Source: an uncultured Methanolobus sp. (lineage in GTDB: Archaea; Halobacteriota; Methanosarcinia; Methanosarcinales; Methanosarcinaceae). From it: 64,000 nucleotides of DNA. Location of the stretch: contig OY776215.1 in assembly GCA_963675495.1 (NCBI GenBank), positions 864,001 to 928,000 on the forward strand. Direction: 5' to 3'. Shown here piece by piece: positions 20,430 through 31,892 of the stretch. The notes beneath the pieces are model-generated. The model ran no database searches, had not been told where the DNA came from, and saw nothing but the letters and a program-made list of their open reading frames with translations. The stretch's first letter is position 1. Every line of letters begins with the position of its first letter. The position numbers and the translations under genes were made by a program.

Positions 20430-23261
20430 TCAACTCCAGAATCTCTTATTCTTGGCATAGTTTCTTTCAGCAACCAGTATGTCACGGTAGAAAGCCTCCT
20501 CATTATGGCGCATTTTTTGTATCACCCTGGTTGCCATTTCCGGCCCTACACCCCTGCTGGCAAGTGCAATAGCTGCCATCTTCCCATGGGTCATAACAAT
20601 ATTGGCATTTCGGTAGACTCTTCTGATACGTTTGATATCCTCCTTTGAAGTGACCTTATCCTGTTTTTTCACCAGCTTTATCTCTTCCTCCTCCCAAGGC
20701 TTCAAAGCAGCCACAAGTCCTGAATCACAAACCGGGCATATTATTTTGTCAGGAACATTTTTTACTTTTCTTCTTGAGGTCCACTTCTTACAATGAACAC
20801 AGAAAAGTATCAGATTGTCATTCATGATACGCTCCTTCAGCGCCATGACAATTGACCTGTCAGCCTTTTCAGGTGCTACAAGGTCACGTTTCATGGAAAA
20901 ACCAGAACTACCTATTGGCGTTGAACCACTGACAACAACAAGAATATCCCCCGAGGAAAGTCTTGTAAGAATCTCCGTAACCCTTTCCACATCCAGCATG
21001 TTATGGAATATTTCCCGTATGACCTCATCATACATAGCAGTGTTACGATATATCTCAAGAAGTTTCTTCATGCTTATTCTGTCGTAATCAAGATTCTTGC
21101 TAAGAGCACCGAACTTCCTGGCAACATGTACCATCTTCCACTTCATCAGGGAAGTGTTCTTCAGGGTCATCTCAATGATAGGTTCAATATGTTCCGGCTG
21201 GATATCTTTCAAAAGAACCTCAATCTCCTTTGCCTTGATCCTGCGTGGAAGTGTCATCCTTATCCTGTAAGGATCGATCTCCTGTGCAACACTACTTCCA
21301 TATCTTGCAGCAAGCAGGGAAGTGAGGACTTTTGCCAGAGTCTCATTTGCATTATGACCTAAGCATGTGTTTATAAGAACAGCATCACCATCGTTCTCTA
21401 TAACGAACATATGTTGGTCAGGCATCGGATAACCACCCTCTACATGATCTCTCAAGACAGAAAGCAACTCCTCCAGACCTTCCGGTTCCAGAGGGTAAAC
21501 AGAACAAACCTCTTTTGAGATATACTCATCATCTTTTCCATCATGGATCATACCCGCAACAAAAGAACGAATGTGAGCTACTTCCTGAGCAACTTCGAAT
21601 GGCACAGGTATCTCTTCACCAACCCAGCTTGGTATTTCCCCCATACCTCTTACAGGTTCGACTTTTATCCTGTCACGGTCACTGACCATCTCAATGACCC
21701 GCCACATATCACCCTTGGTAATGAAAACAGCACCGGGTGTTGCAAAATTAATAACAAATGCCTCATCCAGAACACCAACCGACCTGCCAGTGACAATATC
21801 AAATATTTCGTACTTCCTCTCATCAGGTATCATAGAGAGATTCTCATAATAGTATTGCCAGCTTTTTTTTCTGCGACTGATGGAATCCGAACCTTCTTCC
21901 TGCCATACCATCCGATAATCCAGTATCTGACTGATTACCTTTCTGAGAACCTCTATCCGCAGGTCTTTGAAAGGATATGCACGTTTCAGGATACCATATA
22001 TCCTTTCTATCTCAACTTCCCCGAAATCAAGGACCATTCCTGAAAGCTGATTAGCCACCACATCAAGGGAATTCATGTGAGGGGAAATAGACTCGACTTT
22101 CCCTGCCTGAGCCAGTTTGCAGATAGCCATGCTTTCTGCAACATCATCTGCATCCATGGAAATTATAGTACCCCTGGATATCTCATGTATCCTGTGTCCT
22201 GCACGTCCCACACGTTGCAAGAGCCTGGAAACCTGCCTCGGTGAACCATACTGGACCACATGGTCAACATTACCTATATCGATACCGAGTTCCATTGATG
22301 AAGTGCATATCAGACCCCTGAGGTCACCATTTTTGAATGATTCCTCTGCCTCAATACGCGAATCAACTGAAAGGGAGCCATGGTGAACGCCAATTGGAAG
22401 TTCCAGCATATTGAAACCCGCTGCCAGAGCTTCAGCACTTTGTCTCGTATTTACAAAAACAAGAGTAGACACATTGTCCAGGACTATATCCCTGACACAA
22501 CGTAGATGTGCAGCGAACTGGACATCACAAGCCAACTTCTTCGAAAGTTGCACATCATCTTCTGTTACCTGCGGGTTCACTACACTGAACTCCAGAAGCT
22601 TGAGCATGGATACCGAAACTACGGAAACCTCCCTCTGTGACCCTACAAGGAATTTTGCCACTTCCTGCGGATTTCCCACAGTTGCTGAAAGCCCGATCCT
22701 CTGGAACTCACCTGAAAGCTCTACAAGTCTTTCAAGACCGACCGCAAGCTGAGTACCCCTCTTGGAAGAGGCCATCTCATGAATTTCATCTACAACCACA
22801 TGGGTTACATATGATAGATTTACCCGCAGACGCGAGCCTGTGAACATTGCCTGCAAAGTTTCAGGAGTAGTTATTAAAAAATCAGGCGGCTTCTTTGACT
22901 GCTTCTGCCTCTCGTACTGGGAAGTATCACCATGTCTTACCTGCACATCGATACCAAGCTCTTTCCCCCACCATTGGATACGCGAGAGCATATCACGATT
23001 AAGAGCACGGAGCGGAGTAATATAAAGAACTGAGATCCCAATTCTTTGCTCCTGGGTCTTGGCAAGTATAGCATGAAATATCGGGAGAACTGCCGATTCT
23101 GTCTTACCAGAACCAGTAGGTGCAATCAGAAATGTGTGGTCACCCCTGAGTATGTAGGGAAATACCTTTTCCTGTGGTTCAGTAGGAGCCTTAAAACCCT
23201 GTTTTTCGAGGGCATCCTGTATCCGTGGGTCGAATGAATCAAAAATATTGCCAAAACTCAT
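20430..23261 (-). CDS. lhr: Lhr-family ATP-dependent SF2 helicase
   Basis: [47 protein letters not shown]; C-terminal CxxC..CxxC ribbon. Confidence 0.93.
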   Translation of the reverse strand: MSFGNIFDSFDPRIQDALEKQGFKAPTEPQEKVFPYILRGDHTFLIAPTGSGKTESAVLPIFHAILAKTQEQRIGISVLYITPLRALNRDMLSRIQWWGKELGIDVQVRHGDTSQYERQKQSKKPPDFLITTPETLQAMFTGSRLRVNLSYVTHVVVDEIHEMASSKRGTQLAVGLERLVELSGEFQRIGLSATVGNPQEVAKFLVGSQREVSVVSVSMLKLLEFSVVNPQVTEDDVQLSKKLACDVQFAAHLRCVRDIVLDNVSTLVFVNTRQSAEALAAGFNMLELPIGVHHGSLSVDSRIEAEESFKNGDLRGLICTSSMELGIDIGNVDHVVQYGSPRQVSRLLQRVGRAGHRIHEISRGTIISMDADDVAESMAICKLAQAGKVESISPHMNSLDVVANQLSGMVLDFGEVEIERIYGILKRAYPFKDLRIEVLRKVISQILDYRMVWQEEGSDSISRRKKSWQYYYENLSMIPDERKYEIFDIVTGRSVGVLDEAFVINFATPGAVFITKGDMWRVIEMVSDRDRIKVEPVRGMGEIPSWVGEEIPVPFEVAQEVAHIRSFVAGMIHDGKDDEYISKEVCSVYPLEPEGLEELLSVLRDHVEGGYPMPDQHMFVIENDGDAVLINTCLGHNANETLAKVLTSLLAARYGSSVAQEIDPYRIRMTLPRRIKAKEIEVLLKDIQPEHIEPIIEMTLKNTSLMKWKMVHVARKFGALSKNLDYDRISMKKLLEIYRNTAMYDEVIREIFHNMLDVERVTEILTRLSSGDILVVVSGSTPIGSSGFSMKRDLVAPEKADRSIVMALKERIMNDNLILFCVHCKKWTSRRKVKNVPDKIICPVCDSGLVAALKPWEEEEIKLVKKQDKVTSKEDIKRIRRVYRNANIVMTHGKMAAIALASRGVGPEMATRVIQKMRHNEEAFYRDILVAERNYAKNKRFWS

Positions 23262-24130
23262 TTTTTAGCTCCCTTTCTTTTTCTTCTTGAGGGACGCATC
23301 TTACTCGCTTCCAGCTTCCTTATGTTCTTCAGTTTCCCGAGATTTGTTCCGTCCAGAAGATATGCTTCTGCATTGTCAATGTCCACGCTTTTTGATGAGA
23401 ACAGAGGACCAAGCAGGTCATCATGCAGAGATTCATTGAAAGCAACACCACCACATAGTTCATTGAACGATGGTATGACGATCAACTCAGGGTCATTCCA
23501 GTTGCCATTTTCTTTTTCCAGCTCAAGGCTGGTGAAATGTCCTTGCAGTACAGATAGGTTCAGATGTGTCCTTATCCAGCTTTGTTCTACGGTGGCATAC
23601 CCCAATGAATCAGTTAAACGAATGGTAGGATGATTGTGAGCAGCGATTATGTATTTTGTGCTGAGCAAAGCCGGGTCAGGCCAGGTATGCCCGTGGAAAT
23701 ATCCCACACCCTCTATTACAGAACCACGTACAGGATGTACGGTTATATTCTTCCTTTCCGGCAGCAGGTATTCGATGCCACCATCATGATTCCCCGGAAA
23801 GATATCCACCATTGCATGGTCGCAGAGCACTGAAAGGAAATAGGGGATCTCATCCCGTTCCTGCCAGGATATCTGGGGAACATTGTGCTTCACATCACCA
23901 AGCAGGATTATCCGATCAGGGGACACTTTGTCTATGTAGCCGAGAATCCTCTCAAGACCGTGTTTCATGCGACTTGGAATCGAAAAGCCACTTCTATAGA
24001 GATCCCACTCAATTCCTAAGTGTACATCGGCAATTATCAGTGCCTTTGTATCGTTGCTTACAACAAGTGCAGGTTCATCAATAAGAGGGTCTATTTTGAT
24101 TGTCATTGTTACGGAAGATCGATTTGTCAT
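23258..24130 (-). CDS. Metallophosphoesterase (Lhr-associated MPE-like nuclease)
   Basis: ADVHLG, LLGDVKH, GNHD, FHGH, HNHP, PSFN motifs; 4-bp overlap with lhr. Confidence 0.88.
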   Translation of the reverse strand: MTNRSSVTMTIKIDPLIDEPALVVSNDTKALIIADVHLGIEWDLYRSGFSIPSRMKHGLERILGYIDKVSPDRIILLGDVKHNVPQISWQERDEIPYFLSVLCDHAMVDIFPGNHDGGIEYLLPERKNITVHPVRGSVIEGVGYFHGHTWPDPALLSTKYIIAAHNHPTIRLTDSLGYATVEQSWIRTHLNLSVLQGHFTSLELEKENGNWNDPELIVIPSFNELCGGVAFNESLHDDLLGPLFSSKSVDIDNAEAYLLDGTNLGKLKNIRKLEASKMRPSRRKRKGAKK

Positions 24131-24647
24131 TTTCAGGCGATCATGGAAGAAGGAACATTAACCCCTTCCATGATGGTCAGCAGTTCCCTGACCATTATTG
24201 ACATCTCACATTGCTTTGGATCAAAACTATCGAATATTGAATCTATTGTTGTAAGTTATACGACATTTAAGTATTATTATATTATGTAGCGCTGATCGTA
24301 TAGAACCAGAATACTTGCATACAAGAGACTATCAAATTAGATTTTTGATCTAAACCCTGTTTCTTTTTATCAGGACCTGGTTCAAGGTTCCTCACAAGCA
24401 AGGAAGATAAAAACAAGTTATAAAGTACCCAAGAAATCATCCACCAACTTAGCAGGAAGTGCACTTCTTATATGACAATATTTATATGTTTGTATCACTA
24501 TTGGAATAACTGACACCACACAAAACAAAACACAAAAACAGAAGTTGGTGTGAATGCTGAATTGATCGGATACTAAAATCTTAATCTTAATCTTAATGCC
24601 ATGCAGAAAAATAAGATGCTGCTCAAAGATCTATCAGAAGGAATGAT

Positions 24648-25883
24648 ATGAAAACAATTGATGAAACAATGAGTATATACCAGATCTTAAGTGAATATCC
24701 TTTTTTACTCAAAATATTCAAACAGCATGGAATGGAGAAATTTGAAAGAAAGGATGTCCTTGAAAAACTTGGTCCATTTCTTAAATTGAGAACAGCCCTG
24801 TCAATGGTATCAGTGAATAAGGATTCTTTCATTGAACTTCTGAATCAGGCCATTCTGGATAGTGAAACAAAGGGAGATTTTACCCTGGCAGATTCCCCGG
24901 AACGACAAACAGAGTTGACCCTTCTTGCACTTTTACCCTGTGGAATGAAGATGCCTTTTAACCGTGCACTTGATGCCTTTTCAGCTGACTACAGCAAACA
25001 AACAGGTAATGTGCTTCACTCTCTGGTAGAAGGCAATGTCAATCACGAGATCTCTTATTATGCCTACATGGATTCAGTTACATCAATAGAAGAACTGCCG
25101 GACATAATTATCAGTTCAGACATAAACAGCTTCTATCACAAGCCATTCCAGGAGAATTTCCTTAGTAAGGAATATTTCGTAAATCTTGCCGTATCTCCTA
25201 TGAACAGTGATTTTGAATCTATTGGTTTTGCCGACCCACGAGACCAGTTTACCATGATATCCGGAAATCTTCTTGTTCTGGTTACAATAGATGAGCTCAT
25301 GGAAGGTAATGCCAGACCGGAATCCTGGGGAGATATCTTAAAAGATGAGTTCAGGAACAAGGTCGTTATGAGGGGACAGAATGGCTTTTTCTGTAATGGT
25401 GTGCTGCTCCCGTTCTACCAGATGTACGATATTGAAGGAATGAAGAAACTCGCTTCATCGATATATGCAGGACTCCACCCATCTGAGATGGTCAAAATGA
25501 TAGATAGCAAAAAAGATGATGTAGCACCCATGTATATCATGCCTCACTTCTTTGCCATGAAGATCAAGGACAAAAACAGAGTAACGATTACCATACCTTC
25601 AGAAGGAGCTATTGTAAGTCCTGTACAGATGCTGGTTAAAAAGAGTGCAACTGAGCGTGTAAAAGAGATCACCGATTTCCTTTGTGGAAAGAAGTTCGGA
25701 GAGATATCTGCCAAGGCTTTTTTCCCGACAACGAATCCTGAAATTAAGAATAAACTTGAAGATGTTGACTCACTCTACTGGGTGGGCTGGGACTTCCTGC
25801 TGGATAATGACATCGGAGCACTCAAAAAAGAGATCGCAGAGGTATTCAACAAGCAGTTCATGTTAACCGGAGGTGTTGTGTGA
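24648..25883 (+). CDS. Cytoplasmic substrate-binding-fold protein with N-terminal DUF1858-like domain
   Basis: No signal peptide; N-terminal ETMSIYQILSEYP...IFKQHG...; LLPCGMK; type II SBP-like PESWGDIL, IPSEGAIVSP, GWDFL. Confidence 0.72.
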   Translation: MKTIDETMSIYQILSEYPFLLKIFKQHGMEKFERKDVLEKLGPFLKLRTALSMVSVNKDSFIELLNQAILDSETKGDFTLADSPERQTELTLLALLPCGMKMPFNRALDAFSADYSKQTGNVLHSLVEGNVNHEISYYAYMDSVTSIEELPDIIISSDINSFYHKPFQENFLSKEYFVNLAVSPMNSDFESIGFADPRDQFTMISGNLLVLVTIDELMEGNARPESWGDILKDEFRNKVVMRGQNGFFCNGVLLPFYQMYDIEGMKKLASSIYAGLHPSEMVKMIDSKKDDVAPMYIMPHFFAMKIKDKNRVTITIPSEGAIVSPVQMLVKKSATERVKEITDFLCGKKFGEISAKAFFPTTNPEIKNKLEDVDSLYWVGWDFLLDNDIGALKKEIAEVFNKQFMLTGGVV

Positions 25884-26575
25884 GACTTGTTACTGTAGCA
25901 GGTCCACCTTCATCAGGAAAAACCAGTATCATTATCAAGACCATTGAAGAGCTAAGACACAAGGGTTTCACAATAGGTGTGGTGAAATTCGACTGTCTCT
26001 CGGCTCAGGATGAAGAGCTATATTCGGCTCATAATATTCCCGTCAGGACCGGTCTTTCCGGCGGCCTCTGCCCTGACCATTTCTTTGTCAGCAACATCGA
26101 AGAGGCCTTAAAGTGGGCTGAAGAGAGAAAGTTCGATTTCCTGGTCACTGAGAGTGCCGGCCTCTGCAACCGCTGCTCCCCCCATATCAAAGATGTTCTG
26201 GCAATCTGTGTCATCGATAACCTGAGCGGGGTCAACACACCTAAAAAAATCGGTCCTATGTTAAAACTTGCAGACATTGTTGTTATTACCAAAGGAGATA
26301 TCGTCTCCCAGGCAGAGCGTGAGGTCTTCGCGTACAGGATCAGGCAGGTCAATCCCGGAGCAATGATAGTTCATATCAATGGTGTTACAGGACAGGGTGG
26401 TTTCTACCTTGCAAAACTGGTGGAGAAGACCTCATCAGTTGAAACACTTCAGGGAGCCACACTTCGCTTTACCATGCCCGGAGCTCTGTGCTCGTACTGC
26501 CTTGGAGAGAGGAAGATCGGAGATGACAGGCAGATCGGTGTTTCAAAGCTGGTGAATTTCAGAGGAGAAGATTAG
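25880..26575 (+). CDS. HypB/UreG-type (G3E) GTPase with extra Cys motifs
   Basis: GPPSSGKT, KFDC, GLCPDH, ESAGLCNRC, TKGD, CSYC. Confidence 0.85.
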   Translation: MRLVTVAGPPSSGKTSIIIKTIEELRHKGFTIGVVKFDCLSAQDEELYSAHNIPVRTGLSGGLCPDHFFVSNIEEALKWAEERKFDFLVTESAGLCNRCSPHIKDVLAICVIDNLSGVNTPKKIGPMLKLADIVVITKGDIVSQAEREVFAYRIRQVNPGAMIVHINGVTGQGGFYLAKLVEKTSSVETLQGATLRFTMPGALCSYCLGERKIGDDRQIGVSKLVNFRGED

Positions 26576-26576
26576 A

Positions 26577-27590
26577 ATGCGGACAGAGATGCTCCACACA
26601 AAAATATATGTGCTCATGAAGATGATGCCCTGGATAGAGGATTACTTCTCCTCATTTGCGATTGACCCTACACAGTTCGGGGACAAGAAACTGGAAGAGC
26701 TGGGCTTAATACTCGGTGATGATCATTTTGTAGAGAAAGGTAGCGATTATCAAAGCTTTATTGATGGTTTCTTTTTATTCATCGAGCAGGTAAGGACCCT
26801 TCAACAGGGAGGTGGCTTCACAGTTGAATCCCTGACTGTGCTCCCGGGACGAAACAAGAATGGTGAGAAAGAGGCATTTTCGGTAGAACTGAAAAAAGGC
26901 GAGGTTACAGCAATTGTTGGTCCCACAGGATCAGGCAAATCACGTCTTCTGGCTGATATTGAATCTCTGGCTCAGGAGGATACACCCACCGACCGCAGAA
27001 TACTTGTCAATGGCCGAGCCCCGGATGACGAGGAACGTTTCTCAACCGAGGGACGTTTTATCGCACAGCTTTCACAGAACATGAACTTTGTCATGGACCT
27101 CAGTGTAGAGGATTTTCTTACCTTGCATGCCGAGAGTCGTATGGTTGATGAGATATACCACATCGTTCAGAAGATATATGATACTGCAAACATTCTGGCA
27201 GGAGAAACTTTTAGCAGGGAAACACCTGTTACAGAACTTTCAGGAGGACAATCACGCGCCCTGATGATTGCAGACACCGCACTTCTCAGCCCGGCATCTG
27301 TCGTCCTTATCGATGAGATAGAGAATGCCGGAGTCGACAAGATAAAATCCCTGGAACTTCTGGTAAGCAATAACAAGATCGTTCTGATCAGTACTCATGA
27401 CCCCCTGCTGGCACTGTCGGCAGACCAGCGAATGGTCATTCAAAATGGTGGTATCTCAAAACTTCTAAAGACAACACCGGATGAGAAAATGCACCTAAAT
27501 AGTCTTGAAAAGATAGACATGAAGATAACTCATCTCCGAAACCAGTTGAGAACAGGTGAAGAGATAGACCTGAGTGATCTTCTGGTATAG
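26577..27590 (+). CDS. ABC-type ATPase without membrane domain
   Basis: GPTGSGKS, LSGGQ, VLIDEIEN, STHD. Confidence 0.88.
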   Translation: MRTEMLHTKIYVLMKMMPWIEDYFSSFAIDPTQFGDKKLEELGLILGDDHFVEKGSDYQSFIDGFFLFIEQVRTLQQGGGFTVESLTVLPGRNKNGEKEAFSVELKKGEVTAIVGPTGSGKSRLLADIESLAQEDTPTDRRILVNGRAPDDEERFSTEGRFIAQLSQNMNFVMDLSVEDFLTLHAESRMVDEIYHIVQKIYDTANILAGETFSRETPVTELSGGQSRALMIADTALLSPASVVLIDEIENAGVDKIKSLELLVSNNKIVLISTHDPLLALSADQRMVIQNGGISKLLKTTPDEKMHLNSLEKIDMKITHLRNQLRTGEEIDLSDLLV

Positions 27591-27779
27591 ATTGGTTTCA
27601 TTGAGATTATGACTTATACAAGAATCGTCGAACAAAAGGAAATAATCTATAATACAAAAGTTTGTATTGTATAAAAAAGCTTATTGAAGCTGAGGAGCAT
27701 TTTATTCTGATGCTTACGTTAGGGAAAGGTTGGAATTGCAGGAAACAAACCTTTTAACCGATATAATTAACATTATTAT

Positions 27780-28223
27780 ATGAATTACAAACACACCCAA
27801 ACAGGATATTTTTTAATAATTGTCGCGTTTGCGCTTGTCTTGCTCTTTGGATTCATTTTAGAAGCATCAGGTTTTGATCCAATTATTTTTGCTGTTATGT
27901 TACTCATTGTCTTAATTTTAATTTCATTCACAACGCTTAAAGTCACGATCGATGAAACTCATTTACGAATAAAGTTTGGTTATGGAATATTCTGGAAGAG
28001 ATTTCAGCTTGATGAGATAGTTTCAGCAAAGGCAGTAAAGAACCACTGGTATTATGGTTGGGGGATAAGATTATGGCTATGGCCTAAAATGGTGATCTTC
28101 AATGTTTCAGGTTATGATGCAGTTGAGATTAAGATGAAAAGTGGTAAAATATACAGGATAGGTACAGATGAACCTGAACAACTGGAACTTGCGATCTTAC
28201 AACATCTTTCCACTCATAAGTAA
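27780..28223 (+). CDS. Small membrane protein with bacterial PH-like domain
   Basis: Two TM helices, then WYYGWGIR...IGTDEPEQL. Confidence 0.65.
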   Translation: MNYKHTQTGYFLIIVAFALVLLFGFILEASGFDPIIFAVMLLIVLILISFTTLKVTIDETHLRIKFGYGIFWKRFQLDEIVSAKAVKNHWYYGWGIRLWLWPKMVIFNVSGYDAVEIKMKSGKIYRIGTDEPEQLELAILQHLSTHK

Positions 28224-28279
28224 GATTTGATTTATCCCAGTCCACTATTTGCATTGGAAATATCTTCGGACCGTGAAAC

Positions 28280-29155
28280 TTAATCAGATGTCTCACTTTT
28301 GTTCTTACTCTTCTTGATGAGATCATCCCTTGCTTTTGGATACCATGAATCGATAATTTCGGTACTGCCCTTTGCTATTGAAACTTCTGCATCGAACTCT
28401 TTTGCGGCGGTTGAGACATTGCCACGGAAGTCTTTTTCGAAATGCATCCCGGTATCTATCTGTACTATTCTGCCAATTTTTTCGCTGAAGAAGGAATTAC
28501 CGTTCTTTCCTGATATGTCCTGGGTTATTTGTTTTGAGAAATCCCATTTGGCAGCCCACATAGGAGTGAAAAATAGCGTTCCTGTACCACGATATTTTTT
28601 GAATAGATCATCATATACCTTATTACCACCAACGGCTATGCTTACGCAATCGTCTACTATCTGACCGTCTTTATCTGTTGGAACATATAGTTCACATTCC
28701 AGCCCTTCCACGACCTTATCAATATCCCTAAGAGCATTGCCGCAGAGACCATAGAAAAGGAATATGCCGTCTGAAAAACGGGACATTTCAATGATCTGTT
28801 GCTCTACACTATTTCTAAGGAGATGATGGTCGTTATGAAGACCACGATCCATTATTTTAACAACATAGAGCAAATCAGATGAAGAACCTAAAGAGCCTAG
28901 AATTCGGGATAGAATACGACTGCGAGGTTTTTCTTTCTTTATACTTTTATTCTTACTCTTATTGTCCACAAAATCATCGATCTTGTCAATAGGAGTCTTT
29001 GAAAATGGAATATTGAGCAGGCGGAGCTTTTTTGCAAGCCCCATGGATGCAATGTCATCAATGAGAACTATCCTGCTCTTCTGCCTGTGTTCCGAAAGAA
29101 CATGAGTGATCTCATCTTCAAGTATCTCACAACCGATAAGACTTATAACTGGCAT
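28280..29155 (-). CDS. DUF1638 domain protein
   Basis: IGCEILEDE, GLH, LFYGLCGN, DDCVSIAVGG, FFTPMWA. Confidence 0.8.
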   Translation of the reverse strand: MPVISLIGCEILEDEITHVLSEHRQKSRIVLIDDIASMGLAKKLRLLNIPFSKTPIDKIDDFVDNKSKNKSIKKEKPRSRILSRILGSLGSSSDLLYVVKIMDRGLHNDHHLLRNSVEQQIIEMSRFSDGIFLFYGLCGNALRDIDKVVEGLECELYVPTDKDGQIVDDCVSIAVGGNKVYDDLFKKYRGTGTLFFTPMWAAKWDFSKQITQDISGKNGNSFFSEKIGRIVQIDTGMHFEKDFRGNVSTAAKEFDAEVSIAKGSTEIIDSWYPKARDDLIKKSKNKSETSD

Positions 29156-29337
29156 TTTTTCACCAAGCTGAAACGTTATTGATCATGCACAAAACAAATC
29201 TTGATATTAGCGTAAATGTTACTGAACGAATCAATGTATGCAGTACATGCAAATATACTTAATCTAAGTTTTATAGGGATTTGGAATACTGGAAAGAAGC
29301 ATGTTAAAACAGTACCAGAAGATTAATCCCTTCCATT

Positions 29338-29544
29338 GTGTCCTCTTTGGTAATATACATCCTGATCTTCGCTGTCATCTCACCCCTTCTCCCCATGATG
29401 GGAATAGATTTCATTACCATCCTGAGCGCCTCCATTGTAACACTTGACAAGTTGATCCGCATCGCCAATATGTGGATCGGAAGGTTTGAAGTGTTTACAA
29501 TCTTAGCAAGAAGAATTTTGAGGGTAGTAAGCTATTTACTTTGA
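29338..29544 (+). pseudogene. TrkH potassium-uptake permease C-terminal remnant
   Basis: GIDFITILSASIVTL and IANMWIGRFEVF match the TrkH C-terminus; internal deletion and most of the gene missing. Confidence 0.7.
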
Positions 29545-29554
29545 ACTCTCATGT
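29464..29554 (+). repeat. 91-bp direct repeat, copy 1
   Basis: GCCAATATGTGGAT...TTGAACTCTCATGT; 2 mismatches vs 30909-30999 by manual alignment. Confidence 0.92.
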
Positions 29555-29623
29555 TAATAAAAAGTTGGAGATGTAGAAAGGATGGCATTCAATCTACTTA
29601 TTAGCAAATAAGTTCCAATCAAC

Positions 29624-30691
29624 TTAACACCATTTGCTGACGACTTCATTTACAGATGTATTTGTTAAAATCTGCTTGCTTTTTTCGATATGTGATGCAA
29701 CTGCATAATAAGGTAATACTTTAACAAAACGATGTTTTTCAAAAGGAACTTTAGAACCAGCTATTGCAATAATTGATTTGACCTTTGCTTCATCCTCAGC
29801 TAAATTGTAGTAAATTTTCCGAAGCGTACCTCTATATTTGTTGTTGTTTAAATAACGATATACAAGATAACTACTTCTCTGAATTTGGTCATAAGGAGTA
29901 TACGATCCATCGTTAAAGACAGATTGAACATATTGTTTACTCCAATTTTTTGTTTCGATTACGAACACTCCAGTAGGACCAACTACAAGATGATCAATTT
30001 GAGCAGATTTCAAGGGTGAGCCACTAAACTTTATGTAATCTTTCAGTTTGAGGTGCAAATCATTGAATAAATAATACTCATCAGAAAGCTCATGTAAATT
30101 TTGGATAACTTTTAGTTCTCCTAAAGCACCTTTATATGTATTTGATTTCTTTATCTCGTTTAAGTTATGAATTTGTGAAGTTAAATAGGATAATCTAGAT
30201 TCTACCTCTTCATCTGGATTACTTTCGAGATATTCATGTTTATGTTTCAATGATTTTAGTGATGAATATGAGTTTTCAAGCCGTTTGCTAATTTCACTTT
30301 CTGTATTAAGTTCTAGATAATACAATCTTTTAATAGAACGACGTAATTTCAGTTTACTGGAAAAGTATTTGAACAAGTGTTTTATGTCAAATTTAATTGA
30401 GTCCAACTCTTCTATTTCTTTTGTTAAATCGTTGGATTCTTCTTTTATATCCTCTACAATCCATGATTTTTTGAGTGGTATATCTTTTTCAGCAGCTTCT
30501 ATTTTTTCATGTAGTTCATCTATTTCTGCTTTTATTTGATCGTAGATTATTGGGGTTTTTTCATCATATTGTCTTTCAATATCTTTCAAAATCAAATCAA
30601 TTTCATTAATATCATTTATTGAAAAACCCATTTGTTTGGTAAAGTCGATTAAATCTTTTTCTGCACCTGAGACTCCGTATTGAATTACCAC
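29624..30691 (-). CDS. NERD-domain nuclease-like protein with N-terminal coiled coil
   Basis: GALGELKV, FNDL, QIDHLVVGPTGVFVIETKNWS, PYDQ; AT-rich; probable GTG start after GGAG. Confidence 0.85.
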   Translation of the reverse strand: MVIQYGVSGAEKDLIDFTKQMGFSINDINEIDLILKDIERQYDEKTPIIYDQIKAEIDELHEKIEAAEKDIPLKKSWIVEDIKEESNDLTKEIEELDSIKFDIKHLFKYFSSKLKLRRSIKRLYYLELNTESEISKRLENSYSSLKSLKHKHEYLESNPDEEVESRLSYLTSQIHNLNEIKKSNTYKGALGELKVIQNLHELSDEYYLFNDLHLKLKDYIKFSGSPLKSAQIDHLVVGPTGVFVIETKNWSKQYVQSVFNDGSYTPYDQIQRSSYLVYRYLNNNKYRGTLRKIYYNLAEDEAKVKSIIAIAGSKVPFEKHRFVKVLPYYAVASHIEKSKQILTNTSVNEVVSKWC

Positions 30692-30908
30692 ACTATATAC
30701 TCCACGATTTACTTGTAAATGCACCAATCATCTGTTAAAAGATAAGTTTATTGAAAATCTACCCATATAATTCTAAGAAATCTTTATTAGTTTATATCTT
30801 AATAAATTTTGTTATTTCTGTTGAGACATTTGCACGGAAGTCTTTTTTGAAACACATCCAGAATCTATCTACAACATTCTACTAACTTGTTCACAGTCGA
30901 CCCTCATA

Positions 30909-30999
30909 GCCAATATGTGGATTGGAAGGTTTGAAGTGTTTACAATCTTAGCAAGAAGAATTTTGAGGGTGGTAAGCTATTTACTTTGAACTCTCATGT
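30909..30999 (+). repeat. 91-bp direct repeat, copy 2
   Basis: Near-identical to 29464-29554. Confidence 0.92.
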
Positions 31000-31182
31000 G
31001 AAGGAGAGATTGGAAATGTTGGAATAAAGTAAAATATACACTCGTAACTATTGCTAATACAAAAAAAAAATCCTGTAGTGTAAGGTTTGTGACCCATGTT
31101 TATCCCATATTAAACTTTAATACCTAGATAATTTTCAGTCTACAATATGCTTACAAAAAATGTATAAACTAACTCTCGATCA

Positions 31183-31497
31183 CTATTGTGAGCAAGGGAT
31201 AGTTTCTATTATTGGCAGAAGTTTGACCTTATCTTCTGGTACAAACGTCAGTACATCTCCGATCACGGCTTTCATTTCAGAAGAATCCATCACAGCATTG
31301 AAGTCTGTACCAGCTTTGAATTCTACTATGCTGAATTGATAGAATGTTTCATCATCTAACTTTAAGATACTCGTATTTTCTACGATGTCACCAAAAGTCC
31401 TATTGAATAAACTCAAATGTTCCTGATATCGTGTATCAAATTTTTCTGTATCGTCTGGTATATTGTACACTACTACAAAACCTACTTTATCTGACAT
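31183..31497 (-). CDS. EthD-like dimeric alpha/beta-barrel protein
   Basis: GGAGG RBS; VVVYNIPDDTEKFDTRYQEHL...FNAVMDSSEMKAVIGDVLTF pattern. Confidence 0.6.
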   Translation of the reverse strand: MSDKVGFVVVYNIPDDTEKFDTRYQEHLSLFNRTFGDIVENTSILKLDDETFYQFSIVEFKAGTDFNAVMDSSEMKAVIGDVLTFVPEDKVKLLPIIETIPCSQ

Positions 31498-31892
31498 TCC
31501 CACTGCCTCCTTAAAATGTCCATATAGTGGATTATTTTTCCACAAAATGTTATTGATTTAAAACTATAATATAATATCTAAAATAATTTGATGTGAAAGT
31601 AAACAGTGTTATCTCTTTTAAATATGTGAGGTGTAGAAATTACAAAGTGGAATAAAAAAATAGGTTGTGTGTTAAGCTTACAAAAGCGTTGCCATAATTA
31701 GATTTACCTATATCCCCTGATTCACATGAGATGAAATGGATTTGAAACTTTAATTCCCTTAATCACGTACCAGAACAAAAAATTAAAGATATATCCCACT
31801 TGTCACCCTTCAAATCGTTTAAAAATACATACATTGCCGAAGAAACCTTAAAGAACATTGTTGCTGTAAAACAGCGTATACGAGGCTTTCAA

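Noticed and set aside
24578-24598. AATCTT x3 microsatellite and nearby CAAAA repeats upstream of the ABC-like cassette
   Set aside because: Too short and low-complexity to support a function
27588-27674. Pyrrolysine (TAG) read-through of the ABC ATPase
   Set aside because: The protein is complete at its TAG and the 27-codon extension has no recognisable content; mta genes are not known to use Pyl
29464-30999. CRISPR array or IS element
   Set aside because: Only two long repeats, with no spacers, cas genes, transposase or terminal inverted repeats; I saw no CRISPR array, tRNA or rRNA anywhere in the window
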